Below, piece after piece: positions 24,965 to 34,216 of a stretch of 64,000 bases of DNA. The position numbers and the translations under genes are program-made. Each line of letters opens with the position of its first letter. Positions within the stretch are counted from its first letter, which is position 1. Where the stretch lies: positions 23,286-87,285 of the forward strand of contig JADJRF010000001.1 of assembly GCA_016712355.1 (NCBI GenBank), written 5' to 3'. The notes under the pieces were generated by a model. That model searched no databases. It was not told the origin of the DNA and worked only from the letters and a program-made list of their open reading frames with translations. The stretch is from Vampirovibrionales bacterium (lineage in GTDB: Bacteria; Cyanobacteriota; Vampirovibrionia; Vampirovibrionales; Vampirovibrionaceae).

Positions 24965-26359
24965 TCACGATGGTTGCAACTGATTCACAGTCTTCTGCAA
25001 AAGCGCCTGCGCCGTGTAGGCATTCAGCGCCACATGGTAACGCTGCTGGTACTCCTGGCGCACGCGATGCGCCGATGGCGGTGCGCCTTCGCTGACGCAC
25101 ACGTACTGGATGAATGCCTGCATTTCGGCGTGGCGCCGGGCGCGTTCGTCTTGCGGTGCGACCGAGGCCGTGTAGACCGGTTCTGCGCTTTCTTCGGGCG
25201 CAGAAGGGCGTGACGCTGTGCGGCGATTGACCGGCTGGAGCGTCAACGTCGTGCGCTTGCCCTGCCACCAGCCATTGATGCCTTGAATGATGCGTTCCTG
25301 ATCTTCGGCGGGCACCCAGGGCGCCTGGAACGCCCAGATTTTCGAGCCATTGAGCGTGAACATGAAGCTGCCAGAGCCTGGCAACTTGTGCGCGTTCAGT
25401 TCGCTGCCCGGCACGCCGGTCGCGTAGTAGGCTTCATCGCTCGAAGCCACCAGGCCCACGGCGCGCGCCGGCACGTTGGCGACAGCTTCCGGCGTCAGCG
25501 ACGCCTTCGAGATTTTCTGCGTGCCGCCGATCAGGTGGATTAGCAAGCCGCGCCCTTTCTCTGCCAGCATCTTGAAGTAGGTGGCGATGTCGGGCTGCTT
25601 CTCGATCAGCGCCGACAGTTCATCGATCACCACGACCAGACGCTGCCAGTTGCCGGCGCGCCCGCCGTTGACCGTCGCCTCACGTTCGCGGCGCTCCATC
25701 TCCTCGACGATGGCGGCCAGCATCGCGCACGCTTCTTCCGAGTCGGTGACGACCGGGTGTGCCAGATGGGGCAGCCCGGCCAGACCGGGAAAGCCATCGA
25801 CCGCTTTGGGGTCGATCAGGATCATGGCGGTTTCTTCCGGGCTGGAAGCGACCGCCAACGACAACACCATCGCTTTCATCAGCGTGGTCTTGCCGCTGCC
25901 AGTTGTGCCGGCGGCGATAAGGTGCGGCGTGGACGAGGCAGCCAGACTGAAGCGTAACCAGGACGGCGAACGCACCTGCGAGCCAAACGGCACGAACGAG
26001 TGATCGTAGTGCTCGCCAAGCGTCACAACCGGCGCGCCCCTGGGGACGCCTTCGAGCATCGCACGCAGGGAGACCGGCTGCGGATCGGTGCGCGGGACGA
26101 TGATCGCAAAGCGTCCCTGCTTGATCCAGCGCACCTGGACAGTGCTGTTGCGCGTGGAGGTCAGCGCCTGCTCAATCTCCTTTTCCAGCTTGACGATCTG
26201 GTCAATGGTGGCGCCGTCGAGCGGCGTCAACACATGGACGTTCTCGCTTGCCGTCTGGTAAGAGACCGGGTGCGCTTCGATGCGCACCTTGCGCTTGTAG
26301 GCTTTGAGTACCTGCACGATTGTGTAGGCTTCGTCACGCATCCCCATGATCACCACCAC
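24965..26359 (-). CDS. FtsK/SpoIIIE-family DNA translocase-like ATPase
   Basis: Walker A AAGTTGSGKTTLMKAM, Walker B LVVVIDELSAL, then GGTQKISK. Confidence 0.85.
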   Translation of the reverse strand: MVVIMGMRDEAYTIVQVLKAYKRKVRIEAHPVSYQTASENVHVLTPLDGATIDQIVKLEKEIEQALTSTRNSTVQVRWIKQGRFAIIVPRTDPQPVSLRAMLEGVPRGAPVVTLGEHYDHSFVPFGSQVRSPSWLRFSLAASSTPHLIAAGTTGSGKTTLMKAMVLSLAVASSPEETAMILIDPKAVDGFPGLAGLPHLAHPVVTDSEEACAMLAAIVEEMERREREATVNGGRAGNWQRLVVVIDELSALIEKQPDIATYFKMLAEKGRGLLIHLIGGTQKISKASLTPEAVANVPARAVGLVASSDEAYYATGVPGSELNAHKLPGSGSFMFTLNGSKIWAFQAPWVPAEDQERIIQGINGWWQGKRTTLTLQPVNRRTASRPSAPEESAEPVYTASVAPQDERARRHAEMQAFIQYVCVSEGAPPSAHRVRQEYQQRYHVALNAYTAQALLQKTVNQLQPS

Positions 26360-26568
26360 CCTAACGCCAGCACCAACGATGCCAGCACCGCATTGACAGA
26401 CAAGGCGCCGCCCGACAGCGCCAGAATCACCAGCATCAGGCCGATGCAGAACTGACTGAGCCGGTCACGCACCACATTGCGAGGAAAGCCGGCTTCCAGC
26501 GCCAGGAACGCAAAGCCAAGCGCCACGCCGCCCACGATTGCCATCCCAAAGATCATCGGCACGGGCAT
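26350..26568 (-). CDS. Small membrane protein
   Basis: GAGGTGG SD then ATG 26568, in frame with ORF 26350..26625; two hydrophobic helices. Confidence 0.5.
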   Translation of the reverse strand: MPVPMIFGMAIVGGVALGFAFLALEAGFPRNVVRDRLSQFCIGLMLVILALSGGALSVNAVLASLVLALGWW

Positions 26569-26576
26569 CGACCACC

Positions 26577-27497
26577 TCACACCTGCGACAAAATCAGATT
26601 GCGCAGATCGTCCGCGCCTTCCCATGCGCGGATATACTCCTTGAATTCCTCGACACGGCTGGCGGGCACGTGGAAGGAGACGTGATCTTCACGGCTTGCA
26701 CTCTGCGCCCCACCGTTGCGAGAAGCACCAGCGTTTTTCGTTGCGCTGCGTGCGGCGCCGCTGCCACCGCCATTACTGCGCGCCGGCGCGCTTTGCGTCG
26801 TCGTGTCAGCGTCGTCGTCTTCGTAGAGCACATCGTCGCCGGCCTCGTCCTCGATAGGCGCGATTTTGGGTGGGCGCCCGATGTGTTCCGTGTTTTGCCA
26901 GAACTGCTGCCCGTTGCGCTCGACCATGCGCACGGCAGGCAGCGTGACGTACTTGCTGCTGTGCCGATGCACAAAGCTGATGGTCAGCCCGGTCTTGCGC
27001 GCCAGCGCCGTAACGGTCATCTCGCCTTTTTCGAGCTTATCGCGCCAGCGCGCGCAAGCATCCTTGAGCTTGTGGTGTTTGTCGGCGTCGTTCAACTGCT
27101 TGCCGTGGCGCGTGTTGGCAAGATAGGCAGCGTCCTTCGCTTCCTCGTGCGTCGAAACGCGCCAACGCGCGGCGATCTGGGTGTAACCCTCGCGCTTGTG
27201 CGCTTCGGTGCGCTGCCAGCCATCGGTGACGCACCAGCGCCCCTCGACAATGCGAATTTCGATTTCGCCCAAATCTTCGCCGGCGGCCAGGCGCTCTTGC
27301 AGTTCCACAACGTAATCGTCGTGGATATGCTCGACGCGCATCTGGTACTGCGCGTCGAAAACAAGATCAGCAATCGTCGCCTGTCCTTCCGTCCAGCGGT
27401 TGGCATCCAGGTCGATCACCTGTGCGCCGCCATTGCCGTTGTTTCCGAGCATCTCAGCGATGGAACCGCCGAGTATCTCACGCAGGTTGACTGACAC
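26577..27497 (-). CDS. ParB/Srx-fold DNA-binding protein (ParB-like)
   Basis: GGAGG, 5 nt, then GTG 27497 (alternative ATG at 27527). VTDGWQRTEA resembles the ParB-N DGxxR motif; HTH TVTALARKTGLTISFV; Gly/Ser-rich linker. Confidence 0.6.
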   Translation of the reverse strand: MSVNLREILGGSIAEMLGNNGNGGAQVIDLDANRWTEGQATIADLVFDAQYQMRVEHIHDDYVVELQERLAAGEDLGEIEIRIVEGRWCVTDGWQRTEAHKREGYTQIAARWRVSTHEEAKDAAYLANTRHGKQLNDADKHHKLKDACARWRDKLEKGEMTVTALARKTGLTISFVHRHSSKYVTLPAVRMVERNGQQFWQNTEHIGRPPKIAPIEDEAGDDVLYEDDDADTTTQSAPARSNGGGSGAARSATKNAGASRNGGAQSASREDHVSFHVPASRVEEFKEYIRAWEGADDLRNLILSQV

Positions 27498-28263
27498 GTT
27501 CACCTCCGACTGCCCAACGAAGACCATCCGCCAATTCCGACGACAACAGGGCGGCGTGCGCATGGTACGGGAACGCCTCCCACAGTAGCAGCCCCACCTT
27601 GCCGGCGCGGTCGATGTCAACCGCAATCGGAATCACGCCGGTCAGCGTGGCGTGACTGACGCCGCGCACCTGGTCACGCAAGGCGAGCAACTGCACTTCG
27701 CTCTCCTTGTTGCGCCCGTCGAACATGTTGGGCACAACCAGGAGCTTTGCTTGCGGCAAACCCGCTTTGCTGCGCACGTTCTGAATCACTTCGACAGTCG
27801 GCTGGAATGCCGACACATCTTTCGCCCGGCACGGCACCGGAATCACAACCACATCGGCGGCGGCCACGGCCATCTCGCTGAAGTAGCCGTGATCCGACGT
27901 GTCGAAGACCACCGCGTCGCCATCCCACTGCTGGCGCACGCGTTGGCGGAAATCCGTCACGGGCTTGTGCGCGCCGAGCACGCCGGCTTCCGCCATTGTG
28001 AGCAGGTCGTTGGCCGGCAGCATCCATGCGTGCTGGCGCGCCGCCACGACCATTTCTTCCAACCGCGCCGACGCCAGCCCCATCGTCCACGCGGCGGCAG
28101 CCTCGCCCTTCTCAACGCCCAGGTTGGCGCAAAAGTGCGCCTGGGGATTCAAGTCGATGCCGAGCGTCTTGACGCCGCGCTTTGCTAGCGCGCCGAGTAG
28201 GTGCGCCGAGACCGTCGTCTTGCCGGCGCCGCCTTTTGCCACGAACACTGTGATTACCTGCAT
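27478..28263 (-). CDS. parA: ParA/Soj-family partition ATPase
   Basis: ATG 28263 after GGAAAGGTGA. Deviant Walker A VAKGGAGKTT; Walker B VVFDTSD. Confidence 0.85.
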   Translation of the reverse strand: MQVITVFVAKGGAGKTTVSAHLLGALAKRGVKTLGIDLNPQAHFCANLGVEKGEAAAAWTMGLASARLEEMVVAARQHAWMLPANDLLTMAEAGVLGAHKPVTDFRQRVRQQWDGDAVVFDTSDHGYFSEMAVAAADVVVIPVPCRAKDVSAFQPTVEVIQNVRSKAGLPQAKLLVVPNMFDGRNKESEVQLLALRDQVRGVSHATLTGVIPIAVDIDRAGKVGLLLWEAFPYHAHAALLSSELADGLRWAVGGERVSQPA

Positions 28264-28288
28264 GAGTCTGTCACCTTTCCTTGTGCGT

Positions 28289-28335
28289 ATTGCCGATCTG
28301 CAAGATAGGATAGATCGGAAAATGATGATTGTCAA
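28289..28335 (-). promoter_or_regulatory. parA-block promoter (minus strand) with GGCAAT box
   Basis: On the minus strand: TTGACA, 17-nt spacer, TATCCT, then 12 nt to GGCAATAC. CCGATCT/AGATCGG inverted repeat flanks the -10. Confidence 0.5.
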
Positions 28336-28408
28336 TACTAAAACTCAAAACTTATAGACCAAAACACAAAAATAGTGAAAATCGGTTTGCAAATTTTGGG
28401 TTATAGTA

Positions 28409-28436
28409 TTGACATTTGGGATATAGCCTCTATAAT
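28409..28436 (+). promoter_or_regulatory. Near-consensus sigma70 promoter
   Basis: TTGACA, 16-nt spacer, TATAAT. Confidence 0.65.
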
Positions 28437-28477
28437 CAGGGTGTCATCTATGTCGCGAAAATAGATAGGAGCTACGC

Positions 28478-28741
28478 GTGCGTTCGTCTCTCAATATCAA
28501 GTTCATCGATGGAGACCTCAAATGGCAGTTGAAGATCAGTATCAATCAGTTGAGTATCCGGGCCGGATTTGGCACGGGCTATCTCAGCCAGTTGATCCGC
28601 GATCACCCGGTTGACGTGAAGCTGAGCACGGTCGATGCGATCTGGACGGCGGCGATGGTGCGCTACGCCGAGATCGGCGTCGAACCGCCAGACGACCTGT
28701 GGGAGCGCATGGTCTACCACGATCCAACCGATAGCGCATAG
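28478..28741 (+). CDS. XRE-family HTH protein
   Basis: ISINQLSIRAGFGTGYLSQLIRDH is a helix-turn-helix. Confidence 0.65.
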   Translation: MRSSLNIKFIDGDLKWQLKISINQLSIRAGFGTGYLSQLIRDHPVDVKLSTVDAIWTAAMVRYAEIGVEPPDDLWERMVYHDPTDSA

Positions 28742-28779
28742 CGGCGCGGCATGTCCATACCACACAGATTTGCGCCAAG

Positions 28780-30324
28780 TCAGACGAACTCGATCCGCTC
28801 GATGATAGCACTTCGATCTTTTCTTCCCTTCCCGCCCGGTCTCACGTAGATTCTCAAGCAACCCGACAACCAAGCCTGTAGCTGCGCCGGTGTCGCCTCG
28901 TCAAACATGCGGTCGCCTAGCGCGTGCAGCGCCGCCAGGTTATCCGCCGAATGTTCGGCGGATTCGATTGCCGCGCGCTGCGCCAGCAGGTCTTGCTCGG
29001 CATCGTCCAGGCGTTTGCGTTCTGCCTGGAACGTCGCCATTTGCGCGTCGAACCAGTCGAGTTGCGTTTCCGGTAAATGCACGTAGGTGTGCAGCAGCCG
29101 GCGCTCTTTGGCGAGCAGGCGCTCACGCGCGGCGGCCACGCCGTCCAGTTCGGCGTCGATGCGCGCGGCGTCAGCGGCGTGCATCTGGCGCGCCACCTCG
29201 CGTGCGTCGGCGTTGGTTGTCAGTTGTTGGATGGCGAGTCGCGCGATAGTCAACAGGCGCTTCTCACTGACGTTGTGGCGCCCCTCACCGCGCTTCTCGC
29301 AGTAGTAGCATCGAAAGTGCGTGATGGGTGGATTATGGGACGCGTGCGCGGTGTACATCGGCTGATTGGCGACGGCGCACCAGACGACGCCGGCCAGGAT
29401 ACTGAAGGGTGGATCGTGCTGCGTGGTCAGCGCGTCGATCTTGGTCTGGATGCGCGTCAGTTCCGCGTCGGTGATGATGGCCGGGTGGTCGCCGCGCACC
29501 CTGGTCAGCGGGCGTGCGTTTTTCGAGACGCGGTTGACCAGGATGTAGCCGGCGTAACGGTCGGGAATGCGGAAGACCTTGCGCAGCGCGCCGTAGTCCC
29601 AGAGCTTGCCGCTTGGCGACGGCTGGCGCTCAGCCTGGAGTCGCTGCGTAATGGCGACGCGTCCCAGGTCTTCATCAAGGAAAAGATCGACCAGAATGTA
29701 GCGGATGACGGCGGCGGCGGGCGGGTCGATGACGACGGTGCGTGCGCCGGTTTCGCTGTAGTGGTACTTGTAGCCCCAGGGCAGATGAGAAGGGAATTGC
29801 TTGTGCTTGGCGACGCGCTCGATCATGCCGCGTTCGTGCTCGTTGACGATGCGCCGCACGGCGCTGTGGGCAAAATGCGACTCGATCACGCCGAGCAGTC
29901 CGGCGCCTTCGGAGTCGCGCAGCGCCTTGATGTCGAGCGTGACGGGCAAACTCTGGCGCGGCACGACGATGACGCCATGCTCAAGGCAGAATCGTTCCAG
30001 CGTGACGATTAGCGCATCGGTGCGGCCTAGCCTGTCGCGCGAACGGCACACTATGGCATCGACGGCGCCGGCGCGCACCAGACGCAGCAACTCGCCATAG
30101 GCGTCGGGATAGGTCTCGGCGGCGGTGGATAGCTCTACGATTGAGCGGCTGCCGATGACCTGGAGATCGGCAACGATGGCGCCGGTGTAGCCGGGATAGT
30201 GGCGCGCCAAATCGGCCACGAACTCGTGGTTGAGCCGGCGTTGATCCGGCAAGGACTCTTTCTCTGCCTGGGCGCGGCTAGACACCGCCGTCCAAGAGAC
30301 AAACCGGATATGCGATTGCGTCAC
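28780..30324 (-). CDS. Large serine recombinase (copy 1)
   Basis: Resolvase catalytic domain FVSWTAVSSRAQ...RSRDRLGR, recombinase domain, zinc ribbon CAV...FRCYYCEKR, C-terminal coiled coil. Confidence 0.9.
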   Translation of the reverse strand: MTQSHIRFVSWTAVSSRAQAEKESLPDQRRLNHEFVADLARHYPGYTGAIVADLQVIGSRSIVELSTAAETYPDAYGELLRLVRAGAVDAIVCRSRDRLGRTDALIVTLERFCLEHGVIVVPRQSLPVTLDIKALRDSEGAGLLGVIESHFAHSAVRRIVNEHERGMIERVAKHKQFPSHLPWGYKYHYSETGARTVVIDPPAAAVIRYILVDLFLDEDLGRVAITQRLQAERQPSPSGKLWDYGALRKVFRIPDRYAGYILVNRVSKNARPLTRVRGDHPAIITDAELTRIQTKIDALTTQHDPPFSILAGVVWCAVANQPMYTAHASHNPPITHFRCYYCEKRGEGRHNVSEKRLLTIARLAIQQLTTNADAREVARQMHAADAARIDAELDGVAAARERLLAKERRLLHTYVHLPETQLDWFDAQMATFQAERKRLDDAEQDLLAQRAAIESAEHSADNLAALHALGDRMFDEATPAQLQAWLSGCLRIYVRPGGKGRKDRSAIIERIEFV

Positions 30325-30342
30325 CCTGTCACTCTGCCGATG

Positions 30343-31902
30343 TCAGACCAGCCAGCGCACCGCCGTGATCTCTGTGCTGCCGGCTGTCGGTTTCACTTCC
30401 ACGCGCACAACCTGCGCCAGCCACATCTGCGCCCCACGCAGATCGGCGGCGCGATGTTCAATTAAATAGCGCCCGATGCTTTGCACTTCACGTAGACGAG
30501 CGGCGATGCTTTCGGCATCCGCCACGGCGCCGACCTGTGTGCGTAGTGCGTCGAGTTGCGCCTGGAGGTTGATTGCCTCCCGCTTCAGGCGTTCCATTTC
30601 GGCCCCAAACAATTCCGGCGCCAGATCATCGCGCTCGACGTACAAGTTGAGAAGGCGCTGCTGTTTCTGAGCAATCAACGCCAGCGCCTGATCGAGCACG
30701 CGCTGGCGTTCACCCACGTCAGGTGCATTTTCAAGCAGCGTCTGGCGCGCCTGTTCGGAAAACGCCGAAAGATCACCGCTTTGCGTCAACTGGTCGATGG
30801 CGGCAATCAGCACGGCCTCGATCTCTTGCTCTGCGATGCTGTGCTGTGGCCGGCAGTGCGTGCAGCGCAGCCGGCGGTAGGCTATGCGTTCGCTGCCGGA
30901 CTGGTAGTACTGCACTTGGCTGGAGAGCGTCTTGCCGCACGCGGTGCAGACCACGACGCCGGAAAAGACACTGCCGCGCCCGATGCGCGCCTGTTGGCGC
31001 GTGGCGCGCAAGCTCAATACGTCTTGGCGGTCGCGCTCGCTGATGATTGCGGCGTGGTCGCCGCGCACCTGCACCGGCGTGCGTCCAGTCTGTGAGCGAC
31101 GGTTGAGCGAGATGTAGCCGGCGTAGGCGTCCACGTTGGCGACGATGTGTTTTGCCATGTCGGGCGTCCAGGCGGCGCCGCGCGCTGGACGGTAGCCGCC
31201 GGCGTTAAGCGCTTCGGCAATCTCGCGGTAGTTGCGGTGCGTCAGGTAGAGCCGGATGGCCTCCTGGATGGCGGCGCCGGCTTCCGTATCGATCTGAACA
31301 GTGGGCTGGCCGTCTGGCGTGAAACGGTAGATGTAGCCGTAGGGCAAATGCGACGGGAAACGCTTCTCGACGCTCACGCGCGCCGTCATGCCGCGTGCGT
31401 GCTCGTTGACCAGGCGTCTGACCGCTGAGCCAGTCAGATACCCCTCGACGGCGGCGGTCAGGCCGGCGCCCTCCGAGTCGCGCAGCGTCTTGATGTCGAG
31501 CGTCGTCGGCAAACTCTGGCGCGGCACGACGATGACGCCGTGTTGCAGGCAAAAGCGTTCAACGGTGATCGATAGCGCATCGGTGCGGCCTAGCCTGTCG
31601 CGCGAACGGCACACAATGGCATCGACGGCGCCAGCGCGCACCAGACGCAGCAACTCGCCGTAGGCGTCGGGATAGGTCTCGGCGGCGGTGGATAGCTCTA
31701 CAATCGAGCGGCTGCCGATAACCTGGAGATCGGCAATGATGGCGCCGGTGTAGCCGGGATAGTGGCGCGAGAGGTTGGCTACAAACTCGTGATTGAGCCG
31801 GCGTTGATCCGGCAGAGATTCTTTTTCGGCTTGTGGGCGGCTACTAACGGCAGCCCACGACACAAAACGCAATGATTCGTGTGAATTTTGTAAGTTTTGC
31901 AC
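30343..31902 (-). CDS. Large serine recombinase (copy 2)
   Basis: N-terminal ~140 aa are nearly identical to copy 1. C-terminal DNA-binding region is divergent, with CTACGK...LRCTHCR. Confidence 0.9.
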   Translation of the reverse strand: MQNLQNSHESLRFVSWAAVSSRPQAEKESLPDQRRLNHEFVANLSRHYPGYTGAIIADLQVIGSRSIVELSTAAETYPDAYGELLRLVRAGAVDAIVCRSRDRLGRTDALSITVERFCLQHGVIVVPRQSLPTTLDIKTLRDSEGAGLTAAVEGYLTGSAVRRLVNEHARGMTARVSVEKRFPSHLPYGYIYRFTPDGQPTVQIDTEAGAAIQEAIRLYLTHRNYREIAEALNAGGYRPARGAAWTPDMAKHIVANVDAYAGYISLNRRSQTGRTPVQVRGDHAAIISERDRQDVLSLRATRQQARIGRGSVFSGVVVCTACGKTLSSQVQYYQSGSERIAYRRLRCTHCRPQHSIAEQEIEAVLIAAIDQLTQSGDLSAFSEQARQTLLENAPDVGERQRVLDQALALIAQKQQRLLNLYVERDDLAPELFGAEMERLKREAINLQAQLDALRTQVGAVADAESIAARLREVQSIGRYLIEHRAADLRGAQMWLAQVVRVEVKPTAGSTEITAVRWLV

Positions 31903-32153
31903 GTTGAACCGGCTTACTAGAATATGCTATGCTTGCCGATAGCCTTCAACCTATCGCCTACCGGGGATCGAGGAGATTCGCGATTTTTCCCCTTTTTGTC
32001 AATGGTGACAAGATAACCAGATCGCGACGTATGCCTGAATTCGAATACGACTCAGAAAAAGACCTGATCGCTGAGGAGAAAGACGCCGTTGCGCGTCGCG
32101 TAGCTGCGCTTGAGTTGTTGCTGCAATATGCAATCACGCAACGGCTTAAACGG

Positions 32154-32657
32154 TCACGGCATATCATCGTGCAAGGTAGCCGCAATTTGATCGCGGACTT
32201 CCTTGCCGGCCAGTCGCTCAATTGATTCGAGCAGCCGGCGCTCTTTGGCATGGTACTCTTGCAGATCGACGCTGGCCTTATCAATTAGACGAAGCATATT
32301 CATTGCTTCCTGACGACGCAGCGCGGATAGTCCATCGACAATGCGCGCCGCTTCGCGCGCTTCGTCGGTGAGCAACGGACTACGCGGTAAGGACGTTGGA
32401 TCGTTGGTGCGCGCCAGAAGGAAATCTGTTGTTGTATCGAGGATGTCGGCCAACACCAACACGATACCCGCATTGGGTAGCGTCATGTGCTTGCGTTTAT
32501 CGTTTTCCAGACGCGATAGGTACCCCTGCGACAAAGCGATCCCGCGCTTGGCGCACTGTTCGGCTAACTCCAGTTGCGTCATGTTGTTCAACTGACGCAA
32601 CGTCGCCACCCTGCCGCCAAACGTACTGATCATAGATGGACTGACCGTTAATTTCAC
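32154..32657 (-). CDS. CI-like XRE-family repressor
   Basis: AAGGAGGG SD then GTG 32657; HTH MTQLELAEQCAKRGIALSQGYLSRLENDKR. Divergent from a Cro-like gene. Confidence 0.75.
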   Translation of the reverse strand: MKLTVSPSMISTFGGRVATLRQLNNMTQLELAEQCAKRGIALSQGYLSRLENDKRKHMTLPNAGIVLVLADILDTTTDFLLARTNDPTSLPRSPLLTDEAREAARIVDGLSALRRQEAMNMLRLIDKASVDLQEYHAKERRLLESIERLAGKEVRDQIAATLHDDMP

Positions 32658-32690
32658 ATCGCCCTCCTTGCAACTAAAGCCTCGATGATC

Positions 32691-32733
32691 GTGCAACTTG
32701 CCACTTGCACTATTCCTGAGTGAATGATATTAT
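32691..32733 (+). promoter_or_regulatory. Switch-region operator and rightward promoter
   Basis: Near-palindrome GTGCAACTTGCCACTTGCAC (32691-32710). TTGCAC (32705-32710), 17-nt spacer, TATTAT (32728-32733). Confidence 0.55.
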
Positions 32734-32766
32734 TCATACACGCTATATTTTATGAGAGGAGATAGC

Positions 32767-33051
32767 ATGTCTGAATCAAAATCGGGCGTCGCACCCCTAT
32801 TTGTCAAGGCAAGCACGGTGGCACGGCTTGCCCAACTCAAACAGCGACGCGGCGCCCGGACGTACCGCGAGTTATGCGACCAGATTCTTCACCCGCGTCT
32901 CGCCGTCGAGACGGAACGGGATGAATTCCGGCGCATCAACATCTCCCCTGAAGCAATGGCGACCCTGCGCCAGTTATCGCGCACAGCAACAGATCGTCGT
33001 GCGTCATACGACGACATTGTGAACGCCGCCATCGATGAGGCGTCCCGATGA
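32767..33051 (+). CDS. Cro-like / small regulatory protein
   Basis: GAGAGGAG SD then ATG 32767; position divergent from the repressor. Confidence 0.5.
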   Translation: MSESKSGVAPLFVKASTVARLAQLKQRRGARTYRELCDQILHPRLAVETERDEFRRINISPEAMATLRQLSRTATDRRASYDDIVNAAIDEASR

Positions 33052-33305
33052 ACTTTTTGTTTACTGTGCGCCAGAACGGATGTTCCATACCAGTTTTTTC
33101 CAGCGGTCAGGCTGGTGAAACTGCAACTCAGGTGCTGCTGTCGGCGGTGCGTATTGCGCCGAACATTCTGCGAGATTGCACGTGCGTTCTTCCTAATAAT
33201 CGCGCAGGTTGTAAGGAATGTCAAGACCGATACAAATATGCCGGGCGGAATAGTTTATGCGCTTTGCATAAAGAAGCAGGAAGGGAGGAGACGAATGGCG
33301 CCTAG
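33048..33305 (+). CDS. Cys-rich hypothetical protein (weak)
   Basis: ATGA coupling to the upstream gene, but composition is atypical. Confidence 0.3.
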   Translation: MNFLFTVRQNGCSIPVFSSGQAGETATQVLLSAVRIAPNILRDCTCVLPNNRAGCKECQDRYKYAGRNSLCALHKEAGREETNGA

Positions 33306-33471
33306 TTGGTTATGGCGCGGCGCGGTATTGGCGGTGGTTGCCGGCGTCGATGTGGTGCTGGTGTTGCCGCTGGCGATGGTGACGTGGTTAATGCTCGGCA
33401 GCCTGCACAAACAAGAAGAACGCTCTGCGGAGCTTGTGTTTGGGGAGCGGTATATTCGGCTGAAAGGGTGA
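33295..33471 (+). CDS. Small membrane protein
   Basis: GGGAGGAG SD then ATG 33295; helix GAVLAVVAGVDVVLVLPLAMV. Confidence 0.4.
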   Translation: MAPSWLWRGAVLAVVAGVDVVLVLPLAMVTWLMLGSLHKQEERSAELVFGERYIRLKG

Positions 33472-33475
33472 CACT

Positions 33476-34216
33476 ATGCTCAAGGAAGATGAAATGGTGT
33501 TGGCGTTTATCCGCCAACATCCAGATACGCGTTTGACGGCAATCGCGGCGGAACTCAAGTTGCCGCAAGCGATCATCGTCGGCTCGTTGGGCCGGCTCCA
33601 GCGCAGCGGCGCGATCCGGTACACGTACAAGAAGATTGGGGAGCGCAACAATCAGGCGCGTCCGCTCGATTTCGAGTACCAGTTTCAGGTGTTGCAGCCG
33701 GCGGCGCCCGGCGAACGCGATGCGACCTGGGACGAACTGACGGGACGCGTGGCTCGGCCCGCATTGGCGGACGCAGAACGCGTTGTGCTTCGCCAGATTG
33801 GGCGGGCGATTCACGGCGTCACCGGCGATCCAGTGCCGACAGTGCCGCCATCGGCAACTGACGCAAACCTCCCTGTCCACGCCCCGTGCGCCATCTGCGG
33901 GTCTTCGGCGCACCCAAACCTCATCGTTCGGCATATCAAAACCAAATACGGCGATTACGGCCTACGCCGCCTGTGCCATGCGTGCGGACGGGCGGTGGGC
34001 GATCTCGACATGGAGGAGTATCGCGGCCGGCTCTATGCGCGCGCCATGAATGCGCTGGCGGAAGCGGCGCACATCCTGAGCATGGCGCCGGCCAACGACA
34101 AGGCGCTGGCGGGGCTGGCAAATATCGCCACGCTGCAAGACGCGTTCGACTCGCGTGTAATCGGCTTCCAGTGCGAGATCGACGCCGGCGACGTAAAGGC
34201 GGTCGATCATGAGTGA
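33476..34216 (+). CDS. Winged-helix DNA-binding protein with Cys-rich C-terminal half
   Basis: GGGTGA SD. N-terminal MarR-like wHTH (LAFIRQHPDTRLTAIAAELKLPQAIIVGSLGRLQRSGAI). Confidence 0.55.
   Translation: MLKEDEMVLAFIRQHPDTRLTAIAAELKLPQAIIVGSLGRLQRSGAIRYTYKKIGERNNQARPLDFEYQFQVLQPAAPGERDATWDELTGRVARPALADAERVVLRQIGRAIHGVTGDPVPTVPPSATDANLPVHAPCAICGSSAHPNLIVRHIKTKYGDYGLRRLCHACGRAVGDLDMEEYRGRLYARAMNALAEAAHILSMAPANDKALAGLANIATLQDAFDSRVIGFQCEIDAGDVKAVDHE

Noticed and set aside
24954-24975. tRNA T-loop-like string GGTTCGATCC
   Set aside because: The flanking bases cannot form a T-stem (CATGG versus CTCAC) and no acceptor or anticodon arms are present. It is the SD/start context (GAGGATCGAACCATG) of the minus-strand gene 24466-24954.
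24965-26359. FtsK-like ATPase as the phage terminase or packaging ATPase
   Set aside because: The size (464 aa), the G-T-T-G-S-G-K-T Walker A, and the operon context with ParA/ParB-like and small membrane proteins fit FtsK/SpoIIIE/TraB-type translocases better. No nuclease domain or portal neighbour is present. This is not excluded without phylogeny.
31929-32225. Plus-strand ORF between the serine recombinase and the repressor
   Set aside because: It overlaps the 3' end of the motif-supported repressor gene on the opposite strand and has no convincing SD. It may still be real from ATG 32031. The 250-bp gap at 31903-32153 could instead hold an att site, which I cannot demonstrate.
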